Notes: generated by a model from the letters alone, not told the origin. Counted from the first letter of the stretch, positions 36,799 to 46,625 are shown. The stretch is 64,000 nucleotides of DNA from an uncultured Acidimicrobiales bacterium (GCA_951812975.1 CATOTC010000005.1:242773-306772); one strand, 5' to 3'. A program made the numbers and translations.

Positions 36799-37020
36799 GC
36801 GAGTCCGACTCGGCTTCGGTCGCTACCAGAAATTCGCGGGACCTCCGAACCGAGAGTTCTAACAACGTGCGCGGACTGAACAGGGAGTTTTCTGACTCCG
36901 GTTGTCTCCCGCTCCTGTTCGCTGCGCTCCACGAACCGCTCGGGCCACGGGCCGGACCCCTCGGGCCGCGGCCTCGTTCGATCGCGGTCGTGTTCGGGAC
37001 CGATCCGCTCGGCCCCTAGA

Positions 37021-37956
37021 GTGAGATCTGTGACTGCGTCTCGCAACACCGGAGAGGTCGCTGTTGTGGGCAGCGCAAACCTCGACCTGGTGGTGGAGGT
37101 GCCGCGTGTGCCCCTTGTCGGGGAGACGGTCCTCGGCAGCGATCTGGCTCGGATTCCCGGCGGCAAGGGCGCCAATCAGGCTGTCGCGGCAGCCCGGCTG
37201 GGCCGTTCGGTTGCGATGATCGGCCGTGTCGGCGACGACGAGGGCGGCCGGATACTGCGCGATGCGCTTGAAACCGACGGCGTGGACACATCGCATCTGG
37301 CAACCACCCCCGATGTGCCCAACGGAGTTGCTCTCATCGCTGTGGGCGCAGACGGCGACAACTCCATCGTGGTGAGCCCGGGCGCCAACGGCCGCTTGTC
37401 GGTGGCCGATGTTGAGGCGGCCTCCGATGTGTTGGGGGCCGCAGCGGTGACGCTGGTGCAACTTGAGGTGCCGGTGGACGCGGTCGCCGCGGCCGCGCGG
37501 CTCGCCGGCGGGATCGTGGTGCTCAATCCGGCGCCGGCGCCGTCATCGCCGCTCCCGGCCAAGCTGTTGGAGGCGGTCGATGTGATCGTCCCAAACCAGA
37601 CCGAGCTGGCTCTGCTTGCGGGCCACCATGGACCCGTCGACGTCGCAACCGCGGCAGAACTCGCCACGCGGCTTCCGGTACCGACCGCGGTGGTTACGCT
37701 CGGCGCTCTCGGCGCGCTCGCGGTGTCGGAGGGCAACGTCACCCACGTCGAGGCCCCGGAGGTCACCCCGGTCGACACCACCGCCGCCGGCGACTCGTTC
37801 TGCGGAGCGCTCGCCGACGCCCTAGTGCGCGGAGATTCAATCGTCGAAGCAGTCCGCTGGGCAGTCCGAGTAGGCGCCGTCACAACCCTGCGCCCCGGAG
37901 CCCAACCCTCTCTCCCCACCGCAGTCGAAGTCACTGCTCTGTTGGGAAGGAGCTGA
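37021..37956 (+). CDS. rbsK: ribokinase
   Basis: Ribokinase N-terminal GG (VVGSANLDL) and C-terminal TAAGDSF motifs. Confidence 0.85.
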   Translation: MRSVTASRNTGEVAVVGSANLDLVVEVPRVPLVGETVLGSDLARIPGGKGANQAVAAARLGRSVAMIGRVGDDEGGRILRDALETDGVDTSHLATTPDVPNGVALIAVGADGDNSIVVSPGANGRLSVADVEAASDVLGAAAVTLVQLEVPVDAVAAAARLAGGIVVLNPAPAPSSPLPAKLLEAVDVIVPNQTELALLAGHHGPVDVATAAELATRLPVPTAVVTLGALGALAVSEGNVTHVEAPEVTPVDTTAAGDSFCGALADALVRGDSIVEAVRWAVRVGAVTTLRPGAQPSLPTAVEVTALLGRS

Positions 37957-37958
37957 CC

Positions 37959-38948
37959 GTGCCGACCAGCGCAGAGCCGAAGACCCCTGTTTCAATGCTG
38001 GTGGACTGTGATCCGGGGCTTGACGACGCTATCGCTCTGCTGACCGCGGCGTATTTTTCGGAGTTGGTCGGTATCACCACTGTCGACGGCAACGTGGGGA
38101 TCGAGCACACCACCCGCAACGCCCTGGCGGTGGCGCAAATCGCCGGGCTCGACGTTGACGTTCACCGCGGGGCGGCGCATCCGCTGGCCGACGAACCCAG
38201 AGGCGCACGACACGTTCACGGTGCCACCGGACTCGGCGACGTGGAACTGCCCGCTATCACCCGGTCCATCGAATCCGACGACGCTGTCGGGTTCATCCTC
38301 GAAACCAGCCATCGGATCAAAGACCTTCATCTCGTGGCGGTCGGGCCTCTCACCAACATCGCCGAAGCGCTGCAACGAGACACCACGCTGCCCGACCGGC
38401 TCAGCGGGCTCACCATCATGGGAGGAGCGGCAGTGGGGGGAAACGTCACCGCCACCGCCGAGTTCAACATCTGGGCCGACCCCGAAGCCGCCGACATCGT
38501 CTTTCGTCTGGGGGGCGACATCACCATGGTCGGGCTCGACGTCACCCAACAGGTGCTGCTCGGACCCGATCAAGTCGCGCAGATGCGTCTTGCCGACACC
38601 CCCGCGGCGACCCTCGCAGCGGACCTCCTCGGCTACGCGATCGACCGGTCAACCGAGTTGAGGGGCTGGACGGGGGCCCCGATTCACGACGCCTGCGCAG
38701 TGCTCGCCGTGACCCACCCACACCTGTTCGCCGGAAACCGCCGGCCAGTCGCCATCGAACTCACCGGCACACACACCCGGGGCATGACCGTCGTGGACGA
38801 TCGGCACGCAATCACACGCAACGCAAACACAGGCAACGATCACGCAGACGGCGACAACAGCGTCCGCGTCCTGCGCACCGCGGAGGCTGACGCGGTCATC
38901 GGGTTGATCGTCGAGGCCGTCACCGCAGGCCCCCTACACCGGACCTGA
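37959..38948 (+). CDS. nucleoside hydrolase (IUNH family)
   Basis: DCDPGLDDAIAL aspartate-cluster motif. 2 bp after the ribokinase stop. Confidence 0.85.
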   Translation: MPTSAEPKTPVSMLVDCDPGLDDAIALLTAAYFSELVGITTVDGNVGIEHTTRNALAVAQIAGLDVDVHRGAAHPLADEPRGARHVHGATGLGDVELPAITRSIESDDAVGFILETSHRIKDLHLVAVGPLTNIAEALQRDTTLPDRLSGLTIMGGAAVGGNVTATAEFNIWADPEAADIVFRLGGDITMVGLDVTQQVLLGPDQVAQMRLADTPAATLAADLLGYAIDRSTELRGWTGAPIHDACAVLAVTHPHLFAGNRRPVAIELTGTHTRGMTVVDDRHAITRNANTGNDHADGDNSVRVLRTAEADAVIGLIVEAVTAGPLHRT

Positions 38949-39188
38949 CGAACTCACCGAGCGATACAGGCTCAGACCGAGCGGTACAGGTGCGCGATGA
39001 AGCGGTCTCCCACCTCGATGCCCGCGTCCGCGTCCTGCGCACCGCGGGGGCTGACGCGGTCATCGGGTTGATCGTCGAGGCCGTCACCGCAGGCCCCCTA
39101 CACCGGACCTGACGGACTCACCGAGCGATACAGGCTCAGACCGAGCGGTACAGGTGCGCGATGAAGCGGTCTCCCACCTCGATGCCCG
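38864..39188. repeat. ~161-164-bp tandem duplication x2 covering the 3' ends of two convergent genes
   Basis: 38864-39024 and 39025-39188 are near-identical (2 mismatches noted). Each copy carries the nucleoside-hydrolase C-terminal codons plus stop, and the tail of the minus-strand ORF. Confidence 0.85.
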
Positions 39189-39633
39189 ATGTCAGGATCG
39201 TCACCGCGCGGACCATCCAGCCGACCACAGCCGCCAACTCGACATCGGCGCCGATTTCAACAACCACACCGTGCTTCGCGTGGTCCTGGCGCTTGACCCA
39301 CCCGTCAGGCAGTTCCAGGCCGGCCTCCCGCAGTCGTTTCAGCGCATTGGGCCCCTGCCCGTGCTCAACGCCGACCTGTGCGGCCCTCGACCGGCCGGAG
39401 GTCTGCGCCGGCATCCAGGTACCCATCGCCACGCTCGGCCCACGACCCGAGAACCATGCTGCGAGCCCGCTGCGGGCCGGGACCTGTGCCGCCTGCTCGT
39501 CGGTGAGCGCAGGGCCGATATTGACCCACCCGTCAGCGCCGGGAGCGGCTGCAGTCTCCGCCATGGCCGAAACGACCGCCGAAAGATCATCCCGCTCAAA
39601 GGAGATCTGTCTCACCGGTTCGATCGACACCAT
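39136..39633 (-). CDS. hypothetical protein
   Basis: Start chosen at MVSIEPVRQ (ATG 39633), the second in-frame Met of the tracked ORF. No family recognised. Confidence 0.4.
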   Translation of the reverse strand: MVSIEPVRQISFERDDLSAVVSAMAETAAAPGADGWVNIGPALTDEQAAQVPARSGLAAWFSGRGPSVAMGTWMPAQTSGRSRAAQVGVEHGQGPNALKRLREAGLELPDGWVKRQDHAKHGVVVEIGADVELAAVVGWMVRAVTILTSGIEVGDRFIAHLYRSV

Positions 39634-39699
39634 CGCAACGGTACCCCGTTGGAGGGGCGGCGACCGGTACCATGAGCCAGCGAGCGGGAAAACCCCTCT

Positions 39700-41253
39700 T
39701 TGACCATGGCAAAAACCTCTCGAGCCCTCTCCCTGATCATCGTTTGCTGTGTCGCGGTGTCGGCTCTGGCGACACCCGCGCTCAGCCAGGGGGATCAACA
39801 GATCCTGCAAGAGGAGGAGGCACTCCTGCGCCAACAGGAGCTACGACGCGATGAGCTCACCGCGCTGATCGCCGAGAAGGAGGCCGCGCTCCGGGGGCTC
39901 GGCGACGAGATCTTCGGACTGGCCGACACGATCGCGATCAACAACACCCAACTTGAGTTCCTGGCCGACGAACTCGAAGAGACCGTAGATGAACGACGCG
40001 AACCAGAGGCCACCCGAGTCCAGATCGCCCTGATCAGCTTCAGGAAGGGCGATCCTCGGCAGAGCGAACTGGTCGACGAGATCCGCGCTCTGGACAACCG
40101 CGCCGAGACAACACAGCGGCGCGTGCTCTACGAGTCCGTGATCTCCGAAGCGACCCGACGCCTCGACGAGCTCAACATCCGCCTGCAAGACCTCAGCAAC
40201 CAACTCGCCGCGACCCGACAACTCGTCGAGGAGTCCCAGGATCAGATCGACCAACGCCAAGCCTCCCAACAACAATTGACCGACGAGATCGCCACAGCGA
40301 AGGCGGAACTTGAGTCCACGCTGCTGGAGATCCAGAACACGCTTGTCCGGATCGGAAACGCAAACGACAGGACACAGGTGACTGAAGCTGTGTTGACCGG
40401 GCTCAATATCGAGGGGCGGGTCTCGAGGCCGGCGCTCGTGGTGAAGATCGACAACGTCAGAGCTGCGATGCCCCAATCAGGCATCAACCAAGCCGACATC
40501 GTGTACGTCCAACTGGTCGAGGGTGCCACCCGCCTCGCTGCGGTGTTCCACTCGACGGCCCCGGCAGAGGTCGGTCCGGTCCGGTCGATGCGAACCGGCG
40601 ACTTCGATCTGCTCGCCCCTCTCAACGGCCCGTTGTTCGCCAATTCAGGCGGCAACAGAGGCACCCGCGCAGCACTGGCCAACTCGACGCTCGTCGACAT
40701 CGGGGTGAGCACTGCCGCGCAGCTCTACTACCGGAGCGCCGGCCGCAGTGCACCACACAACCTCTTCACCAACACGCAGAATCTGTGGTCGGTCGGAAGC
40801 GAGTTCTCCGATACCGGGCTGCCTCCGCCGATGTTCGTGTTCCGGGAGCCGAACGAACCGATCAACTCCACCGCGGTTCCGGCCAGTTCCATCGATATCG
40901 ACTACGCCTACACCGAAGTCCAATACACCTGGAACGGGTCGGGCTGGAATCGAACCCAGGACGGCAGACCGATAGTCGACACCAGGGGCGTACGCACCAG
41001 CCCGGCCACGGTGATCGTCCAGTTCACGAACTATGGGCGCTCAGCAGCAGACTCCCGGTCGCCCGAGGCGATCACCGTCGGCAGCGGCCCGGCGCTGGTG
41101 TTCACCGACGGTCACGTGGTGGAGGCCACCTGGTCCCGTCCGAGGGTCAACGATGTCACAGTCTACACGGACAGCGAGGGTCGCCCGATTTCGATTCTCC
41201 CGGGCCGGACGTGGGTCGAACTCCCCCGCCCCGCCAGCACGTCGTATTCCTGA
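39700..41253 (+). CDS. secreted DUF3048-domain protein (YerB-like) with N-terminal coiled-coil
   Basis: Signal peptide. ~200-aa heptad-rich region. C-terminal RPALVVKIDN...ADIVYVQLVEGATRLAAVF characteristic of DUF3048. Confidence 0.7.
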   Translation: MTMAKTSRALSLIIVCCVAVSALATPALSQGDQQILQEEEALLRQQELRRDELTALIAEKEAALRGLGDEIFGLADTIAINNTQLEFLADELEETVDERREPEATRVQIALISFRKGDPRQSELVDEIRALDNRAETTQRRVLYESVISEATRRLDELNIRLQDLSNQLAATRQLVEESQDQIDQRQASQQQLTDEIATAKAELESTLLEIQNTLVRIGNANDRTQVTEAVLTGLNIEGRVSRPALVVKIDNVRAAMPQSGINQADIVYVQLVEGATRLAAVFHSTAPAEVGPVRSMRTGDFDLLAPLNGPLFANSGGNRGTRAALANSTLVDIGVSTAAQLYYRSAGRSAPHNLFTNTQNLWSVGSEFSDTGLPPPMFVFREPNEPINSTAVPASSIDIDYAYTEVQYTWNGSGWNRTQDGRPIVDTRGVRTSPATVIVQFTNYGRSAADSRSPEAITVGSGPALVFTDGHVVEATWSRPRVNDVTVYTDSEGRPISILPGRTWVELPRPASTSYS

Positions 41254-41265
41254 ACGGGAAGCCTC

Positions 41266-42219
41266 CTAGAGGCTTACGACAGCGGCACGCACCAGGTCGT
41301 GAGCGCATTCGCCCGCTTCGGTGACCGTGAGCCTTTCCGCTCCACCTTCGCCCATGACCAGAGTGTGTTCGAATTGAGCGGTGCGGCTGCCATCGATGGT
41401 GACAGCAGTCCATTCGTCGTCCCACATCGCCGCTTCGGGCGATCCGAGCGTGAGCATCGGCTCGATCGTGAACGTGGTGCCGTACGAAAGCGGGATGGCC
41501 AGCCGACGGTCGTGGTAGTGGGGAATCTGCAGACCCGAGTGGAACTCCGTGCCGACGCCGTGTCCGATGAACTCGCGGACCACACCGAGCCGATGCTTCA
41601 TGGCATGCGACTCGATGGCACGCCCGATGTCGCGCACCATCGCATCTGGACCGAGCGCGGCGATGGCGAGATCCAGGGATTCCAGCGTGACCTGGACGAG
41701 CTTCACGGACTCAGGGGCAACATCGCCCACCAGGAACGTTGTGGAGGTGTCTCCGTGCACGCCCTCGCGGTAGAGGGTGACGTCTATGTTGACGATGTCG
41801 CCGTCGCACAGCGGCCGGCTGTCGGGAATACCGTGGCAGATCACCTCGTTCACAGACGTGCAGACCGACTTGGGGTAGCCCCGGTAGTTGAGCGGGCTCG
41901 GATAGCCGCCCGCCTCGACCGAGAGGTCGTGGACCAACCGGTCGATCTCATCGGTGGTGACTCCGGGGCCGACCAGACCGCCGGCCCTCAACAGGATCTC
42001 CGCGGCCGCGGCTCCGGTGCGACGCATTGCCGCGAGTTCCTCGGGTGTGCGGACCAGCGACGATCCCGAAGGCGGCGGCTGGCCGGTGAGAGCGTAGGGT
42101 GGCCGTTGAATCGCCGCTGGTACACGGCGAGTGGGACTCAGCAGGCCCGGCACGACCGGAGGGTACGACGGCTCGACCGACGATGGCCGGGGACTGCGCC
42201 GTTTGCGTTTGGCCATCAC
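41266..42219 (-). CDS. map: type I methionine aminopeptidase with proline-rich N-terminal extension
   Basis: Metal ligands in the canonical MetAP arrangement. N-terminal PxxP-rich extension as in actinobacterial MapB-type. Confidence 0.9.
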   Translation of the reverse strand: MMAKRKRRSPRPSSVEPSYPPVVPGLLSPTRRVPAAIQRPPYALTGQPPPSGSSLVRTPEELAAMRRTGAAAAEILLRAGGLVGPGVTTDEIDRLVHDLSVEAGGYPSPLNYRGYPKSVCTSVNEVICHGIPDSRPLCDGDIVNIDVTLYREGVHGDTSTTFLVGDVAPESVKLVQVTLESLDLAIAALGPDAMVRDIGRAIESHAMKHRLGVVREFIGHGVGTEFHSGLQIPHYHDRRLAIPLSYGTTFTIEPMLTLGSPEAAMWDDEWTAVTIDGSRTAQFEHTLVMGEGGAERLTVTEAGECAHDLVRAAVVSL

Positions 42220-42256
42220 TCAGCACCCTTGTAGGCCGGGGGTGCGACACCGCAGG

Positions 42257-42712
42257 TCATCGCAGGAACCGGCTGACCGACTCAACGACGCAGGCCGGCT
42301 TGGTCTGACCGTCGATCTCGACGGTGATGGTTATGACTGCCTGAACTCCCCCGTTGACCTCGAGCGCTTCGCTGAGAACCGCGCTGGCCCGGACTCTGCT
42401 CCCGACCGTGACCGGCTGAGGGAAGCGAACTTTGTTGGTGCCGTAGTTGATCCCCATCGAGGCGTTGTCGACACGCACGATCTCGGGAAGGAACTGGTTG
42501 GTGAGCGCCAGAGTGAGATATCCGTGGGCGACGGTGGCCCCGAACGGACCCTGCTCTGCTGCTACTGGATCAACGTGAATCCACTGATGGTCCCCTGTTG
42601 CGTCGGCAAAAAGGTTGATGCGCTCCTGGCTGATCGTGAGCCACTCACTCGACCCGAGATCAGTTCCTACGGCTTGCACCAAGTCGTCCGGAGATTCAAA
42701 GACTGTCACCAT
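42257..42712 (-). CDS. MaoC-like (R)-specific enoyl-CoA hydratase/dehydratase
   Basis: Hot-dog fold motif DHQWIHVDPVAA...GATVAHGY. Confidence 0.8.
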   Translation of the reverse strand: MVTVFESPDDLVQAVGTDLGSSEWLTISQERINLFADATGDHQWIHVDPVAAEQGPFGATVAHGYLTLALTNQFLPEIVRVDNASMGINYGTNKVRFPQPVTVGSRVRASAVLSEALEVNGGVQAVITITVEIDGQTKPACVVESVSRFLR

Positions 42713-42762
42713 GAGAAGCAACGGTACCCGGTGCACGGATGCTCGTCACCGCCCGCATCCTC

Positions 42763-43035
42763 CGCGGCTCCGGCCACGCCCGGCAACAACACAGCGCTAA
42801 CCCCAGACGACACCAGCGGCCACGGCTCCGGCCACGCCCGGCAACAACACAGCGCTAACCCCGCACGACACCAGCGGCCGCGGCTCCGGCCACGCCCGGC
42901 GCAAACACAGCGCCCGGCACCGCAACAACCTGTCACGGCTCCGGCTCCGCCCGGCGTTAGCAGAGCGCTATCCTCAGACGACACCAGCGGTCGCGGCTCC
43001 GGTTGTGCCCGGAGCAAACACAGAGCGGCAAGACC
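42763..43035. repeat. ~58-bp tandem repeat array x5 (VNTR/MIRU-like), progressively degenerate
   Basis: Units start at 42763, 42821, 42879, 42934 and 42992. Each begins C(G/A)CGGCTCCGGCCACGCCCGGC. Sits in the intergenic space upstream of the CDF transporter gene. Confidence 0.85.
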
Positions 43036-43047
43036 CAAGGAGCTTGA

Positions 43048-43998
43048 ATGGCAGCGAGTGGCGGAACCAAGGCGATCCTGGCTGCTTTCTTCGCGAATCT
43101 CGGCATCGCCATCGCCAAGTTCGTGGCGTTCGCCTTCACCGGGGCCTCCTCGATGCTGGCTGAGGCGATCCACTCCTGCGCCGACACCGGCAACCAGGCC
43201 CTGCTTCTGCTGGGCGGGCGGCTCGCCAGAAAAGAAGCCACCACGACTCACCCGTTCGGTTACGGGCGTGAGCGATACTTCTGGTCCTTCGTGGTTGCCC
43301 TCGTGCTGTTCACCGTGGGCTCCATGTTCGCGTTGTACGAGGGCATCGAGAAGATCCGTCACCCGCACGAGATCGATGCTCCCATCTGGGCCTTTGCCGT
43401 CCTGTCGTTCGGCATCGTGTTGGAGGGCTTCTCGTTCCGCACTGCCATCGTCGAATCCAACCGGGTCCGTGGCGATCTGAGCTGGACAAGGTTCATCAGG
43501 CGCTCCCGGACCCCGGAGCTCCCCGTTGTGCTTCTCGAGGACCTCGGCGCCATGATCGGTCTGGTTCTGGCACTCGGTGCTCTGGCGATCGCGGTGGCGT
43601 TCGACTCTCCCGTCTGGGACGGAATCGGCACCCTCTCGATCGGCGTTCTGCTGGGTCTGATCGCGGTGGTTCTCGCCATCGAGATGAAGAGCCTGCTGAT
43701 CGGCGAGGGAGCGACCGCCAAGACCCGGGCCAAGATCGTCAGCGCTGTTGAGAGCGTGGACGGCGTTGAGGGCATCGTCCACATCCGCACTCAGCACATT
43801 GGCCCAGATGAACTGCTCGTCGGTGCGAAGGTGGCGTTCGACCCGAGCTACACGACCAGGCAATTGACCGACGCAATCAACGAGATCGAAGCGAGGGTCC
43901 GCGGAGACGTGCCCGAAGCTCGCCCCATGTACATCGAACCCGACATCTATCGTCTCGACGCCTCCGAGGCCGGCGAAGGAGCAGGCGACGCGCAGTGA
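43048..43998 (+). CDS. cation diffusion facilitator (CDF) family metal efflux transporter
   Basis: Six TM helices. HSCAD metal site in TM2. Confidence 0.9.
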   Translation: MAASGGTKAILAAFFANLGIAIAKFVAFAFTGASSMLAEAIHSCADTGNQALLLLGGRLARKEATTTHPFGYGRERYFWSFVVALVLFTVGSMFALYEGIEKIRHPHEIDAPIWAFAVLSFGIVLEGFSFRTAIVESNRVRGDLSWTRFIRRSRTPELPVVLLEDLGAMIGLVLALGALAIAVAFDSPVWDGIGTLSIGVLLGLIAVVLAIEMKSLLIGEGATAKTRAKIVSAVESVDGVEGIVHIRTQHIGPDELLVGAKVAFDPSYTTRQLTDAINEIEARVRGDVPEARPMYIEPDIYRLDASEAGEGAGDAQ

Positions 43999-44684
43999 AT
44001 CCACACCGATTGAGCACACCCCTCCACATCACCACCACAGGGTCGGCTGCTGCGAGCGCAGCCACATTGCTGTTCGTCCATGGCGTTGATTCCGACTCCG
44101 ACGTCTGGACCCCCACCATCGACCTCCTCACAGAACACCGCTGCGTTGCTGCCGACCTGCCCGGACACGGCAAATCACCGGTCAGCACCGACCCCGCGGC
44201 CTACGAACGCGGCGCCATGCTCGAAGATCTCGACGCGGTGATCTCGGAGTTGCCACGCCCGGTCGTGTTCGTCGGCCATTCGCTCGGCGGATACCTGGCT
44301 ATGGCCCACGCCCTTACCCGTCCCGGAGCAGTCGATGCTCTAGTGCTGGTGTCGACCGGTCCCGGGTTTCGCGATCCGGAAGCCCGAGCGGGCTGGAACT
44401 CCCGGCTGTTGAAGAACGCCCCGAGCTACGGAGTCAGCGAACTGGCGGCCACGGTCGGGTTGCACGTCGATTCCATGGTCATTGATCGAATGACCGAACT
44501 GAGGTTGCCCGTGGCACTGGTGATCGGCGGCGGCGACAGGGCCTACCTCGGTGCCAACGACTACATGGAACGCAAGCTCCCGCATGCGACACGCACCACG
44601 GTGGAGGGTGCCCGTCACTACGTGATGCGTTCACATCCCGAGCAGGTGGCAGCCGCGATCCGCGACGTCGCCGCCTCGTTGTAG
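43995..44684 (+). CDS. alpha/beta hydrolase
   Basis: GHSLGG nucleophile elbow. ATGA-type overlap with the CDF gene stop. Confidence 0.8.
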   Translation: MNPHRLSTPLHITTTGSAAASAATLLFVHGVDSDSDVWTPTIDLLTEHRCVAADLPGHGKSPVSTDPAAYERGAMLEDLDAVISELPRPVVFVGHSLGGYLAMAHALTRPGAVDALVLVSTGPGFRDPEARAGWNSRLLKNAPSYGVSELAATVGLHVDSMVIDRMTELRLPVALVIGGGDRAYLGANDYMERKLPHATRTTVEGARHYVMRSHPEQVAAAIRDVAASL

Positions 44685-44853
44685 AGCCTGCGCGTAAACG
44701 TGGGTTGGGAGGTGGTTGAGAATCCGCTGCGCCCTGGTCCAACCGCCGTGAAACGCTTGCGGCACAACGAGTCGAGCGGTACTCTGCTGGGAACCATTCG
44801 GGGACGTGGACCAGTCCTCCTCAAATATCACCAGACATCTGAGGAGGTTGGCA

Positions 44854-45324
44854 ATGCCCGCGAGCGGACCGGTCAGCGAGAGCCAGCGCTTGGCACTCTT
44901 GAACCGCCTGTGCGAAGTACTGGGAGAGGAGGAGGCGAGAGTCCTCATGGAGAGCCTGCCCCCCGTCAACTGGCACGACCTCGCCACCAAAGACGACGTC
45001 TTTCTCCTCAAAGACGACCTCAAGACCATCAACAAGGCCATCGAGGCCAACAAAACGGCCATCGAGGCCAACAAAACGGCCATCGAGGCCAACAAAACGG
45101 CCATCGAGGCCAGCGAACAACGGCTACGCGTCGAGATGCACGCCGCGTTCGCCAACTTCCGCGCCGAGATGTCCGCCGAGTTCAAGACGCTGCGGGCTGA
45201 GAACAAAGAGCATCGGGGGGAAGTGGCGCTTCAGTTCGCCAAGCAGACCCGCATGATGGTGTTCACCATGCTGGGGCTGACGGTGCCGATCTTAGGCGCG
45301 ATCCTGGGCGTGGGGTTGACGTAA
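44854..45324 (+). CDS. hypothetical coiled-coil protein with C-terminal TM anchor (DUF1640-like architecture), contains AIEANKT x3 repeat
   Basis: 21-bp unit GCCATCGAGGCCAACAAAACG x3.5 at 45037-45112. Heptad-like sequence. C-terminal hydrophobic helix MVFTMLGLTVPILGAILGVGL. Confidence 0.5.
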   Translation: MPASGPVSESQRLALLNRLCEVLGEEEARVLMESLPPVNWHDLATKDDVFLLKDDLKTINKAIEANKTAIEANKTAIEANKTAIEASEQRLRVEMHAAFANFRAEMSAEFKTLRAENKEHRGEVALQFAKQTRMMVFTMLGLTVPILGAILGVGLT

Positions 45325-45356
45325 GCGGCAGGGCCTCGTTGTCCGCCGGTTGAAAG

Positions 45357-45405
45357 CAAATCTGCGCGCTGAGCGACAGATGTTGTGGTGAAACGCGCAG
45401 ATTTG
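45357..45405. terminator. 12-bp perfect inverted repeat (CAAATCTGCGCG ... CGCGCAGATTTG) between convergent genes; possible bidirectional terminator, no U-tract
   Basis: Stem 45357-45368 / 45394-45405, 25-nt loop. Lies between the + gene end (45324) and the - gene end (45424). Confidence 0.3.
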
Positions 45406-45423
45406 GAGAGTTGAGGGGGTTGG

Positions 45424-46566
45424 TCATCCTCCGATGGCTGACTGGGAACGGAGTTCGGCGATCTCGGCGGGGCTGAACCCGAAGTCCGTGAGTACATCAT
45501 CGGTGTCTGAGCCGATCCAGTCCGGTGAGGGCCGCATCTCTCCGGGGGTTCTCGACAGTCGCGGGATCGGCACGACTTCGGTGCCGTCCTTGCCGCCGAA
45601 GGTCCCCCGATCGACATTGTGCTGATAGGCGCGGGCCTCGTTGTAGGTGAGCACCGGAGCAGTGCAGGTGTCGGTTCCCTCAAGTATCTCGCACCACTCG
45701 TCGCGGGTCTTGGTGGCGAACACCTCAGCGAGGCGCGCTTTCACCTCGGGCCACCGGTCACGGTCGTACTGGGCGGGCAGATCGGATTCGTCGATCCCGA
45801 TGAGCGTCAACAGCAGAGACCAGAAGTGGCCCTCGATGGGAGCGACCGACATGTAGCCGCCGTCGGCGCACTCGTAGATTGCATAGAACGGCGCTCCACC
45901 GTCGAAGAGGTTCGTCCCGATCTCATCGGTGTGCATTCCACTGTGGGCCATCGGGTAGAAGACCGTTGCGAGCGACGCCACTCCGTCCGCCATGGCCGTG
46001 TCGATGACCTGGCCCTCCCCCGACTGGCGAGACTCGAGCAGGGCGCAGACGACCCCGTATGCGAGCGTGAGACCGCCGCCGGCGAAGTCGCCGTGGATGT
46101 TGAGTTGCGGCACCGGCGGGCCGCCCTCGGGGCCGATCGAGCGGATCACCCCGGTGATGGCCTCATAGTTGAGCGAATGCCCGGCCGCGTGTGACAACGC
46201 ACCTGTCTGGCCCCAACCCGTGAGCCGCCCGTAGACGATCGCCGGGTTGCGGCCCATCACCTGTTCGGGGCCGACTCCCAAACGCTCCGCGACCCCGGGG
46301 CGGAAGGACTCGAGAAACACCTCCGCGCTCTCCGTCAGACGGAGCACCACCTCAACACCAGCCGGGTTCTTCAAGTCGACCGCCACCGAGCGACGGCCGC
46401 GATCCCAAAAGGAGTATCCACGAGGAACCTTCTCATCGGGAACCTCCGACAGGCGATCGACCCGCACAACCTCGGCGCCCATGTCCGCCAAACGCAGCGA
46501 TCCGTAGGGAAGCGCGCCCAGACCAGCCAGTTCCACCACCTTCACTCCATCAAGCGGTCCAGCCAT
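45424..46566 (-). CDS. family III CoA-transferase (CaiB/BaiF; alpha-methylacyl-CoA racemase-like)
   Basis: LDGVKVVELAGLGALPYGSLRLADMGAEVVRVD N-terminal motif. Conserved Asp region. Confidence 0.85.
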   Translation of the reverse strand: MAGPLDGVKVVELAGLGALPYGSLRLADMGAEVVRVDRLSEVPDEKVPRGYSFWDRGRRSVAVDLKNPAGVEVVLRLTESAEVFLESFRPGVAERLGVGPEQVMGRNPAIVYGRLTGWGQTGALSHAAGHSLNYEAITGVIRSIGPEGGPPVPQLNIHGDFAGGGLTLAYGVVCALLESRQSGEGQVIDTAMADGVASLATVFYPMAHSGMHTDEIGTNLFDGGAPFYAIYECADGGYMSVAPIEGHFWSLLLTLIGIDESDLPAQYDRDRWPEVKARLAEVFATKTRDEWCEILEGTDTCTAPVLTYNEARAYQHNVDRGTFGGKDGTEVVPIPRLSRTPGEMRPSPDWIGSDTDDVLTDFGFSPAEIAELRSQSAIGG

Positions 46567-46625
46567 CGGTCCGAAAGCTATGGGGCACAGCATTGCCGAC
46601 GCAAGCCCACCATCGCCAGCACTCC

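Noticed and set aside
42763-43035. Possible CRISPR array (regular ~58-bp periodicity)
   Set aside because: Units 1 and 2 are nearly identical along their entire length, so there is no conserved-repeat/variable-spacer structure. Later units decay uniformly. The core motif also occurs as a plain tandem duplicate at 28161-28232. No cas genes are present. Treated as a VNTR/MIRU-like repeat.
45357-45405. Canonical intrinsic terminator
   Set aside because: The stem is perfect, but the loop is 25 nt and there is no flanking T/U tract on either strand. Kept only as a low-confidence inverted repeat.
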